The position numbers and the translations under genes are program-made. From Octopus bimaculoides (taxonomy: Eukaryota): a DNA stretch of 64,000 bases. This document shows positions 12,085-26,391 of this stretch, in pieces. The DNA lies in the NCBI RefSeq assembly GCF_001194135.2, contig NC_068985.1:77500568-77564567 (forward strand), in the 5' to 3' direction. The notes beneath the pieces are model-generated. The model saw nothing but the letters and a program-made list of their open reading frames with translations. It did not search any database and was not told where the DNA came from. Position 1 is the stretch's first letter. Every line of letters starts with the position of its first letter.

Positions 12085-13271
12085 CTATGCATGATGTGAA
12101 ATAACAGTTTATGAAGAAATTCAGCAGTGTGTAAATGCTACAAATAGCTATAACTTACTATTCCTTATGATCAAAATGAGTCACCAATCTCTGACTGATG
12201 ATGCTTGAAGTAAAACTGAACTAGTCATAATTTTTCTTTTTTTTTTATGACCATAGAAAAACTGATAGTTTAACAATCTACTTCTTCACAGCAAGGGACC
12301 TACTTACTAGAATCAAATAAGTTCACTTTTCATCACTTTTTTTCTTTCTCTCTTTTGATATATCTCATTCAATCCCTGTGTGAAGCTCATATTTCACTTC
12401 CTTAAGCTGTCAATTGGTAAGTTGTAGCTATATTTGTTCATTCTCACAGTTGCCAGCTCAAGTTTCACTTCCCTTTATTTCTGTTGTCTGTCAGTCTCAG
12501 GTGAAGTCAAAAAGTAACTTGTTCTACTGAATCAGCTATGCAGAGTTGGTAGTTTCAGTTGGTAGTTTTGATATCACTTCATTTTGCTCTGTTTACCTGC
12601 CAGTCATCTGATTAGATGAACTGAAGTTCTTGTAGGTTCAGTCTCAACCGACAGCTTTTTGTTGCTTTTGGTTAGTGTTTGTAGTTCTATAACTGGTATG
12701 CTAAGGTTTCGGTTCCCAGATGTAACCATTTCATTTGGAAAGCATGAATATCACACAGTTTCATTTTTACTTCTCTAATAAACCTTGGGTCAGGTATCCA
12801 ATTTCTGCCAATGAATCACTATTTGTTAGGACCTGCAATAACATTTCCTTCATTTATTCCATTTTCTGTGAGTGAAGTGAAGTATCTAATATAGGGTTCA
12901 GTCCCACCTCTCAACAGCATTTCTACATTTAAAAAAAATTTTCTTACGGCTTTCAGTTTTTTTTTTTTTTGCTTGTAAGATTTACTGCAATAACAGAGTT
13001 CAGTACCATTTGGAAGCAGTTTCAATTTTCTCACCCATCAATCATCTGTCAGTGGGATTAAGGAGTATAGTGTTAGAATTAGGTTCAAATTCAGTTGGCA
13101 ACTAACATTTCCTTCACATTTTTTGTCAGGGGAAATGTTATGAAGAACAGCCAGTCATCCTTTATTGAGACCATTTTCAGAAGTTTAAGGATTCAGATTA
13201 GTTTTACTTTGAGCCTGTCTTGTATAAGAAAAGTCATCAAACAGTTGATATTAGTTTCTCTGAAATATATA

Positions 13272-13484
13272 TTCCTTTATTCTTTTACTTGTTTCAGTCA
13301 TTTGACTGTGGCCATGCTGAAGCACTGCCTTAAAGGGTATTAGTTGAAATCAACCCCAGGACTTATTCTTTGTAAGCCTAGCACTTATTTTATCGGTCTC
13401 TTTTGCTGAACTGCTAAGTTACAAAGACATAAACACCAGCATCAGTTGTCAAGCAATGGCGGGGGGACTACACACACACACATA

Positions 13485-13543
<59 letters not shown>

Positions 13544-13695
13544 GCTTCTTTTCAGTTTTTGTCTACCAAATCCACTCAAGAACCTTTAGTTGGCCTGAGG
13601 CTATAGTAGAAGACACTTACTCAAGGTGCCACACAGTGGGACTGAACCTGGAACCATGTGGTTGGGAAGCAAGCTTCTTACCACATGGCCACACC
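13272..13695 (-). mobile_element. SINE family A, full length, tail variant 1
   Basis: tRNA-like head at ~13640-13695, core, internal (TG)n, and a tail reading TTCTTTTACTTGTTTCAGTCATTTGACTGTGGCCATGCTG on +. Homologous to 55620-55995 and 59155-59570. Confidence 0.9.
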
Positions 13696-13898
13696 TATAT
13701 AGATACATGTATCATACGTAAAGCAGATACAAACATGATATACAGATTGCTTCACAGAGACTGCTTTCCCTCTTTAGGGACAGAACTTACTTTCATCCCC
13801 AGCAACTCCTAACCCTTTTTGAAGTTCAAGGGGGTCCTACAATGCTTATGCATGATCTGGGAGTACATATTAAGAAAGCCACTTGGTTGATTGGTTCA

Positions 13899-14120
13899 TT
13901 GACCCTTTAGCATTTAAACTGGCCAAATCCAGCAAAAATATTCCACATGTTTTATGTTCAAACTGACCAGATCTAGCCTCTCACATTAACTCTATGATAT
14001 CATTCCAAAAATTAGCAGTTACCTTATCAATATCTCAAAGCTATAGCATAATGCATGATAAACTCAAAATGATGTGAATAAATAATTATTAGTTTTTACA
14101 GAATAATGTGAATACTCTAA
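13899..14120 (+). mobile_element. piggyBac-type MITE, degraded copy
   Basis: Starts TTGACCCTTTAGCATTTAAACTGGCC; interior matches 22757-22961 and 44319-44546. Confidence 0.7.
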
Positions 14121-14944
14121 CCACCATGGTCCACAAGTCTACTAACTCTTCATTTTACTTCTACTATTACTTCAGTGGCCTCTGCTATGTGGAGCTAGCT
14201 AATTTTGTGCCATCTTCACTCAGGTAATCTATTACTTATTTCTGATAGTTATGAGAACTGAGGTAACAAAGAATAAAGTGTTGTATCTAGGAACCATATA
14301 AAACACTTGCAGTAGATATGACCTAACCATGAGCATGTTAGCACTCTAATATCTCGTTCATTTGGCCATTTTGCATCTACATTTGACATGTTAACCAGCA
14401 CCTTAAAAATCTCTCATTAAAGACAGTTACATGTGAGATGAAATAAAGTAGTCTTGTGGCATTTTGTTAGTTTAGGGTATCAAGAAAATTAGTCTTGTTC
14501 TAAGTATTTATACTGGATGCTTACACAATCGGACTTAGTGAAGGTTCATTTCCTGCAGCTGACTAGCAGAGAGTCCTGGAGGTATGTGTCACTGTAGTTT
14601 GGATTATCATCATGTGAAATCCTGAATAACTTTTGAGTTTGAATCTGTTATTTCTCCTACCAATTTGGCTTCCACAGTTAAAGTTACAAAAGTCACAATA
14701 TGAATATTAAACATCAGATATTAATAACAGCAACAATAGCCACAGCAAATATGTAATTATCAGCAAGCTTGTATTAGATTATTTATATAAGTTTCAACGA
14801 AAATATATGTTTGAATCAAACATTGAAAACTCTAATGTACACACGATTTTTTGTTATTTTGTAATTAGATATTTGTCTGTGTTAAGTGAACAAGGTTGTC
14901 AGATATTTATTCAACTTCTTTCTCTCTCTCTCTTACACTCACTC

Positions 14945-14951
14945 TATGTAC

Positions 14952-15006
<55 letters not shown>

Positions 15007-15024
15007 CATATATATGTATGTATA

Positions 15025-15121
<97 letters not shown>

Positions 15122-15304
15122 GTATATATATATGTATGTATATATATATGTATGTATATATATATATGTATGTATATATATATATGTATGTATATATATA
15201 TGTATGTATATATATATATATATGTATGTATATATATATATATATGTATATATATGTATGTATATAGATGTATATATATGTATGTATATATATATGTATG
15301 TATG

Positions 15305-15340
<36 letters not shown>
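14945..15340. repeat. ~400-bp (TA)n/(TATG)n/(TG)n compound microsatellite
   Basis: Directly visible. Confidence 0.97.
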
Positions 15341-15603
15341 CGAACTATTATAGTTCTTAAATTTGACAAATTAGGAGGCTGATTTGCTGGTGTAAAGGTA
15401 ACACACTTAGTCGCATTAACAAAGCCTTCTTTTGTCTGTCGAGGGCTTATATGTCACTTTATTAGACTATTTTCCTTAGCCAATGCACAGTGATTGCCAT
15501 AAGCTTTAAACTTATATAAAAAAATACCATAATTATTATTTACAGGATTGTAAAAAATGGCGCTACATAAAAAAAACCATTCGCAACAAAAATATATATA
15601 TGT

Positions 15604-15631
15604 ATCATCATCGTTTAACGTCCGCTTTCCA
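15604..15631 (-). mobile_element. Extremely truncated RTE 3' end
   Basis: ATCATCATCGTTTAACGTCCGCTTTCCA is identical to the LINE tail at ~6735-6762. Confidence 0.7.
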
Positions 15632-15748
15632 TATACATATATGTACACATATATATATATACACACTATATATGTTTGTGTGTTTGGGTTTGTATACATA
15701 GATCATGTAAATATAGAGAGTCATAGATACAATTTTGAATCTATACAA

Positions 15749-15797
<49 letters not shown>

Positions 15798-16030
15798 CTG
15801 TCAGCCGGAGTTTCTCACTCCCATTTACCATCTATTGACCTCATGATAAATTCCTAGAAATCAGTGCTAGACATTTAAAACTGACTGAAAATGATGTTGA
15901 AAACTGTATTTTACATTTGACAAGAATAGGTTCTGAACTTGAGATAAAAACTGAACAAACCATATTTCTAACATTACTTGTAGCAACATTTTTGTGTTTG
16001 TGTGTGTGTGTTTAATATCTTTCAGTCAAG

Positions 16031-16225
16031 AAGGCTGTGAGTTAACAGAATTGTTAGCATTTCATCCATCTTCACATTCTGAGTTCAAATTCTACCAAGG
16101 TTGACTTTGCCTTTCCTCCTATCAGGGTCAATAAAATAAGTACCAATTGAACACTGGGGATCATTGTATTCAACTTAGTCCCTCCCTTGAAATTGTTGGC
16201 CATGTGCCAAATTTGAAATCAATAT
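16031..16225 (+). mobile_element. SINE family B
   Basis: AGAATTGTTAGCA..GAGTTCAAATTC..GACTTTGCCTTTC..GTCAATAAAATAAGTACCA..TGTGCCAAATTTGAAA. Many related copies occur in the window. Confidence 0.75.
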
Positions 16226-17363
16226 CTTTTAGTCAAAAGGGAAGGCAGGCTCATGGTTATTTACAACAGAATCTCTGAGAGTGGTGAAAGGGAATGAGGA
16301 ATGTATCCTGAAACTGGAGACCTGCCTTGAATGCTTGCAACTGACCTGATTCCACTATGAGTGCCCAGATTATTAGTTGGTGGTGTTAAAACCAGGCAGT
16401 GGATTGTCTACCACCTGGGGAGGTGATGGTGGGATTTGAACTCAGAATGCAAAGAGCTGAAGCAAATACTTTGTGGTAGACATCTGGTCCAATGTTCTTA
16501 CAATTTCACTAAATCATTACCATGTATTGGTACTTTTATCAACCACCAAAAACTGAAGGATGAAGTTGACTTTCTTGGTAGGATTTGAACACAGCTCAGT
16601 CAGGACAAAATACTGTCAGGCATTCTATTTTACACTCGAATGACTGTCAATTAGCTGGCTTGGTTGAGTTCTTTAATTGATGGATCGTACCTTGTGACCA
16701 GCTTTCTGTACCACCTCCCATAGATTGTAGTACTGCATAACTGAATAGGATTCGTTTGACTTTTAGTTTCTGAGATTACATGCTGCTATGGCTTGTAATT
16801 TGTTCCACTAATTATGCAATTAGTAGATATATTTAGTTATGAAAAATCTAATTGTTTGATTATTTTGATTGTTTGTATGAACTAGCTGAATAATTAACCC
16901 ATTTGATATGAACATGCCTTAGACAGTCCAATCTTTTTTGACGTAATCTTACTCTTTTAAAGTGTCTAAGTTATAATCTTCCCTCAAAATTTTATGAAAG
17001 TTTGTTCCAGACCCCAGTTTAATAATGAGAAAATTATTTTACCAAATTCTTCATTATCTGCAAAATTAATTGAAACAAAAGCAGCAACTGTTGATAGAAA
17101 TATGGTATCAAAATGATTAAAGAGACATATATTATGTAGACGGATACATGAAAGTTTAAGTACCAACAATCCTTTACTTGAAAATCTGGGAGGTTTTGGT
17201 AAGGAATAGTTATATAAGAAAATACCTAGGATTAGAGTGATTTTGTAACTCTGCACTATTTAAAGGCTACATGAGCAGTTATAGTTTCGTTTGATTTGTG
17301 TACATAATTTTTGCTAAGGTTAGTGTTGACTAGCTGTATTAGAAAACAAGATTAACTGAAGAT

Positions 17364-17394
<31 letters not shown>

Positions 17395-18123
17395 TCATAT
17401 AGTCCTTTGTTAGCAATTTCAGCTAACTGTCTGTCACTCAAGCTTTAAATATCTTCTGTTCCCTTCTTTTTGACAGATTTTGTTGATAATCTGTTAAATC
17501 TTAATCTTCAGCTGCTAAAGTTGGACCACCAATTACCCTAGCCTTTATTGGCCTCCATCCCACTATAAACTCAAACTATTATTGTAGAAAAATAGTATTC
17601 AAATTATCAATGAAAATCTGTTTTTATTTTTCCTACCGCCCATTGACCCTTCATTCTTTCTACATCCAATAATTTCACTACCACACAGCTTATATTTTTT
17701 AATAACTAGCTTTAACAAAAGAACAAAGGTTTTTCAAAGCAAATGTGTTTAATAACTGTGAAATAAGCAGCTGCAGTTTGGCCTCTGTGCTTAGTTAGAT
17801 TATTATATGCAAAAGCAGCAAGCCACTAGTTGTTTTTTTTTTTTCCTTGTTTATTTTTTTTACTGAATGTTCGAACCTACTTTGTCACCCTCTCTTCACT
17901 CTCTACATATATTTTAATTTTGATTTTAAGCTATATGTTTGTTTTTCTTTTTGTTTATTTTTCTTTATGCCATACCATATTTCATTTCTCTTGGGGGAAA
18001 ATTTCGAAACATTGATAAACTTTCAAGAATTCTTTGTTGGCCTATTGTTTTCTTTCCATCTGCCCCCCCCCCGCCTCTCTGTCCACATCTGTTCTGTGTC
18101 TATATCATACATTTACATACAGA

Positions 18124-18159
<36 letters not shown>

Positions 18160-18527
18160 CAGGCTACTCAACAACAACAGTGTTTTCAAATATTAGTATT
18201 TTGTTATGTTTTAGTAACAATCACTTCACTTATACTGAGATCTCTTAGTACACTAAATACAGTAATAAATCCTTACTTCACTTCCATGTTAAACAACAAA
18301 CATATGGAATATATATTTTTTCTTTTTTAATGTGTTTTTTGAAATTTGTTTATCTTTTATCTACTTATGTCTATTTCATTTCTTTCATCTATTGGATTAT
18401 ATGCATGTGTGTGTATATGTGTAATACTTGCACACACATGATAATTGTTTGTATTTGTTTGCCATGATAAAATACGCCCAGTTCTAGCTATTAAAAAACA
18501 ACAAAAAAAAACTCTTGTTTCAGGAAA

Positions 18528-18558
<31 letters not shown>

Positions 18559-19194
18559 GTGTAAATATGCTGATTCAGCTAAGTTGAGTTAGTCGCTAAC
18601 ATTGCAAACAAATTTGTAACTGAAAATAAGCACATCAACAGTTTGTCACTGTTGGTTTTTATTGTCTTTATCACCATTTTAAATTATCTTTGGAGTCATT
18701 ATTTACAGAATCAGCAACTGGCCATATTGGGTCCTCCTATCTTAGGGCAGTTAAGATTTTTCAAGAATACATTTCTTCATTATTTTTACACCCGTTTCCC
18801 TGTTCTAGAATAAAGAAGGGAAGCTTTTTTTGATTTAATCTACTGGAAAGTGCTACAGTGTATTTAAACTTATTGCAGCTTTTAATAAAATTAATCTCAT
18901 GGTCTTGCTCCTCCTGTAGCTGAAGCTATTCTGAATTTTAAACACTGTTGTTATTCTCAAAAAATGTCTATCAGTTCCTAGCAGAATTTTTTTGCTCAAT
19001 CTATCAGTTTATAGTTTTAGCAGCAATACCATTTGAATGAAATACCGATAGTATTTTCTGTAAATTTACAGTGATTTTCAATTTACAGTGAAGTAGACCT
19101 TCAGTAACTTTGTCAGTAAAGATTTTCATTGTAAATGATGTTGTTAAAACTACTTCTATCACCACCAATAATAATCCTTTCTACTGTAGACACA

Positions 19195-19378
19195 AGGCTT
19201 GAAATTTTGGATGATGGGGTTAGTCAATTACATCAACCCCACTGCTCGACTGGTACTTATTTCATTAACCTTGAAAAGATAAAAGCAAAGTTGACCATGG
19301 TGGAATTTGAACTCAGAAGAGCTTGAAGAAATGCTACTAAGCATTTTGTCTGATGTGCTTATGATTTTGCCAATTCAT
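19195..19378 (-). mobile_element. SINE family B
   Basis: Reverse-complement match to 16031-16225 and 48685-48900. Confidence 0.75.
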
Positions 19379-19496
19379 TAAGCCAGTGATGGATCTTCAA
19401 CGTATTGCTTGATCTACTAGAAATATGTACTAAATTCCTCTCAGATCATAGCTTACTGTCTTGAGCAAGATGTTGGGCAGTAAAGTTATATTAGAT

Positions 19497-19825
19497 GCAG
19501 ACATGGCTGAGTGGTTGCTTGCTTCTAAAATCTTGAGGTCCCAGGTTCAGTTCTGCTGTGTGGCATTTTAGGCAAGTGTCTTTACTATTACAGCCTTGGA
19601 TTGACCCAAGCCTTGTAAGTGAAATTGGATTGACAGGAACTGTGTACAAGCTCATCAGATGGACTTTTCCTGTAATTCAAAAGTCCAGTTTTGTCACACA
19701 CTGCTATGTTGATCTTCCATGAGAATTATATTAAATACAAGTATTTACAGAATACTCAACTGCTTTGCATGCTAATTCAGTGAGTAGTTAGTTCAGGTCA
19801 GGTGATCATATGCTGAAACTGACTG
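19497..19825 (+). mobile_element. Degraded SINE: family A head plus a body like the 2132-2497 SINE
   Basis: TGGCTGAGTGGTT..GGTTCAGTTC..GGCAAGTGTCTTT..CAAGCCTTGT, then CTGTAATTCAAAAGTCCAG..TTGTCACAC. Similar copy at ~35035-35350. Confidence 0.6.
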
Positions 19826-19844
19826 GAGAATCCAGGCACAGACA

Positions 19845-20235
19845 TGTCTATGACATTAAGAAGTTTGCTTCCCAACCACATGGTTTCAAGCTGTGTTCCA
19901 CTGCTGGGCACTTTGAGCAAGTGTCTACTACTATAGCCCCAAGGCAAGCCAAATTCTTGTGAGTGGGTTTGGCAGACAGAAACTGAAAGAAGCCTGTTGT
20001 GCTTGTGTGTCTGTCTCTCATTTTGTCTTGACATCATGTGACTGTTGTAGATACGTGTATCACTTTCATTTCCAATCTTTCATGGAAACATCTGGTTTTG
20101 GTTATGACAAAATGTTACTTTGTTTAGGAAAAGGTGACGGTTGCCAACTGAGAGGGCATCTGGCCAGAGAAAAGCTGCCTCAATAAACTTTGTCTGACCC
20201 ATGCATATATGAAAACATGAATGTTCAAATGATGA
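19845..20235 (+). mobile_element. SINE family A, full length, RTE-like tail
   Basis: Head AAGAAGTTTGCTTCCCAACCACATGGTT, core GAAACTGAAAGAAGCC, tail ending ATGTTCAAATGATGAT. Confidence 0.8.
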
Positions 20236-22353
20236 TATAATGTCTGAAAAAAATAAAGGCAGGATGGTCATGGCTGGGACAACTTTAATCAATGAGCCTT
20301 CAATGGTGAAGGCTGATCTGAGAACTAAACAATTATCACTTCATAGAAGTGCTTTAGGGCTGCTGTGTGTCTTCTGTGGTTGTATGTTTGTGTTTGTATG
20401 GGTGTGAAAGTTGATTTAAATCCAATCAAAGTGACAGTTTTAGTGATTAGTCACTAGCATACCACTAGTTCTTCCACATTTCTTGTCAGTTGATTTTCTT
20501 TTTGTTTTTTGTCTTACCCCCAAACACCTGTTCCTTATTACTGCTATTGCGATCTTACCACTATTTTTACTACTATTACCACCATTACTACTGCCACCTC
20601 TACTGTTATTACTGTCCCATCCTTCTCCCAACCACCATCAAACATATGTTCGTTGCTAAAGCAATAATATCTCATGTTTATTAAATTCCACATAGATACA
20701 CACCTAATAATATATTAAGGTATTCACTTCATTTCTTTCTTTCTTTTCCTGCACCTTCTTGTTCACCTCAATTTCCTGAGCGATGACTATTGTTATTGTT
20801 AGTGTCGTAGACAGAAGGCCTCATTTTTATTCAGGGATTGGTGAAATGCTTTGATCATCCAGTGAAACTAATTCATGACAATGATAGAGATGGTAAAAGC
20901 AATGCAATTTTTTTGTATTGGCACATCCCAAATGTGTAACAGAAAAGTACATTGAATTGATATCCCATTGCATGTGCAGTGCTCATTTTCTGCACTATGG
21001 AGGCTTAAAGAGCAAAAGTTACTCCTACCTTTTATCTCTTAGGCAAAATGTGGAAGAAGAAACTAAAATAATGTGAAGAATTACATCCGCCATTCCCAAA
21101 TCCTTAATTCCCCCTAACAGTTACAGGCCTCCAAATTATAAGGGAGAGATAAAGTTAAATGAATTGACACAAGTACATAACTAATATTTATACATTTTGA
21201 TGAGTGCTATTGCACAAAACTCTTGACCATAAAGTCAGTCAGTAACTTCTGCCAGTTGTTAAAATGTAATACATATTCTGTTGATCTTGGATGAATAAAG
21301 ATCAAAATTGACCCTAATGAGATTTGAACTTGAAATGTAGAAGAATGAATCTAAACACTGCTTCAGTAGTAGATTTTTAGTGCACCCTACCCATAATAGC
21401 CTTAACCTTAAAAACCTAACCTTAAACCTAACCCATATCAAGTCATTTCACAGCATAGACTATGTTTACTGTAGTGTACCACATGCTTAAGTAGCACCAC
21501 TTTTTTTTATAATGGCAGTAAAAAAAATAACTAAAGGTAATAATTGATTGCAGTTAAATTTATGTGGACAACACCTTCACAGAGGTAGGGTAAGTGGGGA
21601 TGAAAACCTGTATCTGATGAGTGTCTACAAGTGGCTCTTATGTTCTAGCAAACCTCACTTCAAGTTGTGTGTATTTGAGATATTTTCTTCTCTGATAGCT
21701 CTCTCCCTCTCTCTCTCTCCTACCTAACAGTAATAATGCATTTGTAAATTAAAAGAAAACATTAAAGAAATGTGAGAGTATGAGAATGGTGTAAATTAAA
21801 GTAACAATTACTGTGGATTACTCAGGTTAGGTCAGAACACCTAATTGTTGTTTAGTCCCTGAGTAAGATTATGATAAAAGTATTCCACCCTTGACTATTA
21901 TGTCTTTTTTCCTAAGATCATATTGTGCAATTTGTTATTTTTAAAGACAATATAAGAAATGATTTAAAAGAAAATTGTTTGTTATTTGTGACCAGTCAAA
22001 CAACTAGATTGAGGCTCCCATATTGAGATTCCTACGTTGGTTTGGTAGAGGCTCCCACATTGGCCTACTGTAACTGCATGCTGTGTGTAGTCATGTATAA
22101 TTAGTTTCCACTTTAACACACCCATAAAGTAGGATAAACAAAACTATGTGGTTTGCTTTTAGTGTTTTTTTAAAAATTAATATGCAGTGTAGATATGAAT
22201 CACCCTGCAGTGGGTTATATTACTAGTTAATTTGGGACAAACTATAGAGTTGACAAAATCAGGGGTAATTAGCTGAAATTTCATATTCTACATTATGGTG
22301 GAAAAATATAATGTAAAATTAATGATGACAATCTTCATGTATAAAACTTCTAT

Positions 22354-22691
22354 CAGCATCTCTCAATGATTTTTTATCGATGGACCCCTTTGATTATTAT
22401 TTTATTCGGTTGGGCCCCCATAGCCATTTGTTATTTAAAAACTAGTTTTAAAGAAACTTCTTTCAAAATTCCATTTTTTTTTTACCCATAGGTTGAACTA
22501 TGTAAAATTTTAGAGAAAGAAACCTAAGCTGTTTCTTGCAATGCATACCAATACATATATCTAAAGCAAAATCTCTTCATGGGCTCTTTAAATACTACTG
22601 TGGATCCCCAATTTACTATTTTGTTGCATGGACCCCCAAAAATCTTATACAGACCCTCAGGGGCCATATGGACTCTAGTCAAGAGCTAGTG
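22354..22691 (+). mobile_element. hAT-type (Charlie-like) MITE, degraded
   Basis: Homologous to 38145-38418 (TTTGATTA.TATTTTA..ATAGCCATTTG..GGCCATATGGAC). Both flanks carry TTCTAT. Confidence 0.6.
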
Positions 22692-22756
22692 TTCTATATC
22701 ATTAGTATGTAATTCGTTTAATCTGCCTTTGTTCAAGCTTGATCCAATCTGATGCC

Positions 22757-22961
22757 TTAATCCTTTAGCATTTAAACTGGTCATATCAGACCCAAATATT
22801 CTACCTGTTTTATGTTCAAACTGACCAGAACCAGCCTTTCACACTTACTCTAAAAATAAACTATTGCATAATTAGAATCTCAAACTATGAGATAATGCAT
22901 GAAACAATGTGAATAAATAAGCATTATGTTCGACAGAGATATCTGAATACTAAAGTGTTAA
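22757..22961 (+). mobile_element. piggyBac-type MITE
   Basis: TTAA|TCCTTTAGCATT ... AATACTAAAGTG|TTAA: degenerate TIRs with TTAA on both sides. Confidence 0.8.
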
Positions 22962-23630
22962 TATTTGGTAAGGATTTAGAGCAAAATACCCAAATTTAGC
23001 ATCATCTTCCCAAAATAAATAATAATAAAAGACAAGAAATCTTCCACTTGTATTAAGATGGGGAAAATTGATTAAAGTGACACAAGAAAAATATAATTAA
23101 CTTATTTTGTAAAAAAAACCAAAAAAAAAACCTTTTTTTTTACAGTGTTGCCCAATTTTTGTTTGATACCATCAGATTTAACCTTTTTTAAATTTATTGA
23201 TTTATCTACTACTTACTCATAGAGGGAAGAAGTACCCTTGGTTCAGGGCCTCTTAGATGGAAGTTAGCTTTGAGCTTGCAACAGAATGATCAATTGATAC
23301 TTGTAACAGAATTATCAGTTGATAATATTTAAGTGAACAATAAATTGTGTCTATCCACCCAAGAACTCAATAAACCCCGAAAGAAATCTCATCAGACCAT
23401 GTGACAATTCTTATCAATTCACAGATTCTTGTATATTTGATTCTTTATAGGAATGGTTAAGTTAATCAAGTTTGCATCCATTTAATGTTGTTATTCTTAA
23501 ACCTTTTAGACCTGACTTCAAATGGTGTTTCTAATTTTAAGCAGTTTTTTGTTTTTCTTTTGGTGTTGTGTGTGATAGTTTCTTTTATTAAATGCAATTG
23601 TAATCAATAACACTAGCAGACACCTAACTC

Positions 23631-23836
23631 TTAACCCTTTAGCATTCACATTTCTCAGTCAAATGTAATGTTTATTTATTCATATTAATTTGAATTGGTC
23701 ATGCATGACCATGTAGCTTTGGGATTTTGATGATGTGATTAATTTTTAGAGTAATATTGTAGAGGCCGGATATGGCCAGTTTGAAGATAAAACAGATTAT
23801 TTTAGCTGGATATGGCCGGTTTAAATGCTAAAGAGA
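23631..23836 (-). mobile_element. piggyBac-type MITE, opposite orientation
   Basis: TTAACCCTTTAGCATT ... GGATATGGCCGGTTTAAATGCTAAAGAG; interior is the reverse complement of the other copies. Confidence 0.75.
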
Positions 23837-26080
23837 CTCTTATGAGCCAATCTTCCTTTTACCACTGGTTCAAGATTTTGGAACATAAAAATAATGGGTC
23901 ACCTGATCATTGTTATTTAGTGCCAGGTCATCCTTGATCCAGGAGATCTGTGATCAAAAATGTTCTAGATACACTAGATTTTAAAAGTTGTCAGAATGTC
24001 CATGGCTAGAACTGCATTAGCCTCTCTCTTTATTTTTTAAAGTGTGTGATTTGAGATTTGTTTTTTTATTTCTAGCAGCTCAAGTAACTTCATGGAGCTT
24101 CCTCTGTTGGTTAATGGAACTTTTGGTTACTCTTCTGTAATCTACAATGATATATACTCATCAATCACATACGGATTAAATTAACAAATAATTATTGATT
24201 TGTGGGAAATAAAACTTATATTTATAATGAATATGGTAGCAGCTTTCATTTAGTACACAATATCTTGACAATATAATCTGTGTAATAAATATTGAAATTT
24301 GTAGAATCAAAATGTGTTCTAGTTAATTTGAGAAAAGGTACATGAAAAAAATGAACTGAAGTGTATAAAATAGTATTTTCTGAAAATACTCAACCATTTA
24401 GCAATTCATGTCAGATGAGAACACTATATAATGACTAGGTTTACAAGCATCATGGGCCAAGTAGACTATTTGCTAAAAGGCCACAAGTTCAAATCCACTA
24501 CTGGCATTTTAGTGTTTTTTCTGGACAGAACACTTTATTCTGCATTAACCTTAGTTCACCTAGCTATCAGATGTAGGTACCAGATTACCTGGGAATCTTA
24601 CTGCTGATAATTCAGTATCCTGTCTAAATGGAAATTTTTCTCATTCACTTCAAGCCATAAAAATTGGAGGAAAGTGACACTCTATAAAAGTAGTAGTAGT
24701 AGTAGTAAGCCCTTCAGGTCTGAGAAGGCATTTTTACATCATATCTCAAACACTTTGACAGTTAAATTACAAATGTTGACTGTATATGTGGAGTGACTTC
24801 CTACAAAGTTATTCTAAATGTAAATTTCCTATTGTCCATGAGTTAAATCATTTACATTCAACAGCTGCTAAGTTGCAGCACTATTACAACCACCACTACC
24901 ATCATCATCATCACAGAATTATTTTAATTCTAAGCCCTGATGTCTGTGTGATGAAGTGAAGACAATAGAATCAAGTGACTAAATAAAAATAGATTTTGCA
25001 CCATTTCATCTACAGATCTCTCTCTCTCTCTCTCTTTCTCGCGTGAAATAAATTTCAGTTTGCTGCATGGGGCTTGAAAAAGATTAACTAATTATTCTAA
25101 ACTAAGTCACCAGGTCAACAAGAAAAGGTCAAATACATAATGCTGAAGGTCAGTAAGAGGAGCTTGTTTGAGAATAATTATTAAGGCAGACTGACTCATT
25201 AATTGATTGAACTGACCTACCCACTTTACTGGTTAGTTTAATGAAGGTAAAAAAAAAAAAAGCTTCACGTAACTTTTGCTTTAATTTCTAGGTCACACGC
25301 ACACAAACACTGTGTATGTGTGTATTTGTGTGTGTGTATGTTTACACACACACACACACACAATGTAAGATAACTGCTCCTGGGTTTTAATGTTATTAAT
25401 TGATTGTGTCAAACTAATGTCTTCAACATTGCACCAATATCACTTCCTAGAGATATTAGTTTGAACAAAAGGTGTCATTTTATGTACTTGGTTCTCCATG
25501 TGTATGTGTGTCTTTGTGATTTGGGTGCATATTAAATCTAATGTTGTCTTCCAAGTAACTAATACATGTGCATTGTAGAGTTGGCAGTTAGAGTTGGTGG
25601 TGTTTTTGCAATAGAAAAATAATAATAAAGTAAAAAAAAAAGAAAAAAAATATGGATGGATTTTGTTAATTTCTGAAAGTTAATCATCAGTTGTCAGCCA
25701 AAAGATATCTATGACCCCACCACCACTAAATACACAGACACACACACACACACACACACACTTGTGTTTGTTGAATTTAAAGTTATGTACTTGGTTGTGG
25801 AAATCTGCTCTTAAATGGAATAAACTGTTAGTGACTAGGTGTTTTTATAAGATCTTGAAGATTTTTGTGATATGATCATAGTGGAATGAAGGAGAATATG
25901 TCAGAATGAAATAGTTTTATAGCTGGAAGGACATTTAGTTTCAGATAAAATAATAATAATTTTAGACAAGAATGTAATGTTTCAAATGTAGTATGGCCAT
26001 GAAAACAACAGAAAGATTGGGTATTTTACCCTTATAATAATAATAATAATAATGATAGTAATAGTAATTGTGGGGGTGGT

Positions 26081-26391
26081 AGGGGCTAGTTGAATGCATT
26101 GACTCCAGTGCTTATCTGGTACCTATTTTATCAACCCTAAAATGATGAAAGGCAAAGTTGGCCTCAATGGAATTTGAACTCAGTGTAGAAATGGAGGAAA
26201 TGTTGCTAAGCACTTTGTCTGGCATGCTAATGGTTCTGCCAGCTTGCCACCTTAAAAATGATAATTTCAAATTTTGGCACTAGGCCAGCAATTTCGACGA
26301 AGGGATTAAGTTGATTACATCGACCCCAGTGTTCAACTGGTACTTATTTTATTGACGTCAAACGGATGAAAGGTGAAGTTGACCTCAGTGG
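26081..26391 (-). mobile_element. Two adjacent SINE family B copies (26081-26253 and 26262-26391)
   Basis: Each contains TGGTAC.TATTTTAT..AC....AA.GATGAAAGG..AAGTTG.CCTCA.TGGA. Confidence 0.75.

Noticed and set aside
16984-17545. Possible plus-strand exon pair (TTTG|GTAAGG near 17199; TTTTGACAG| near 17476) and a 90-aa minus-strand ORF
   Set aside because: There is an in-frame stop in the first segment and no recognisable domain; such matches are expected by chance in AT-rich DNA.
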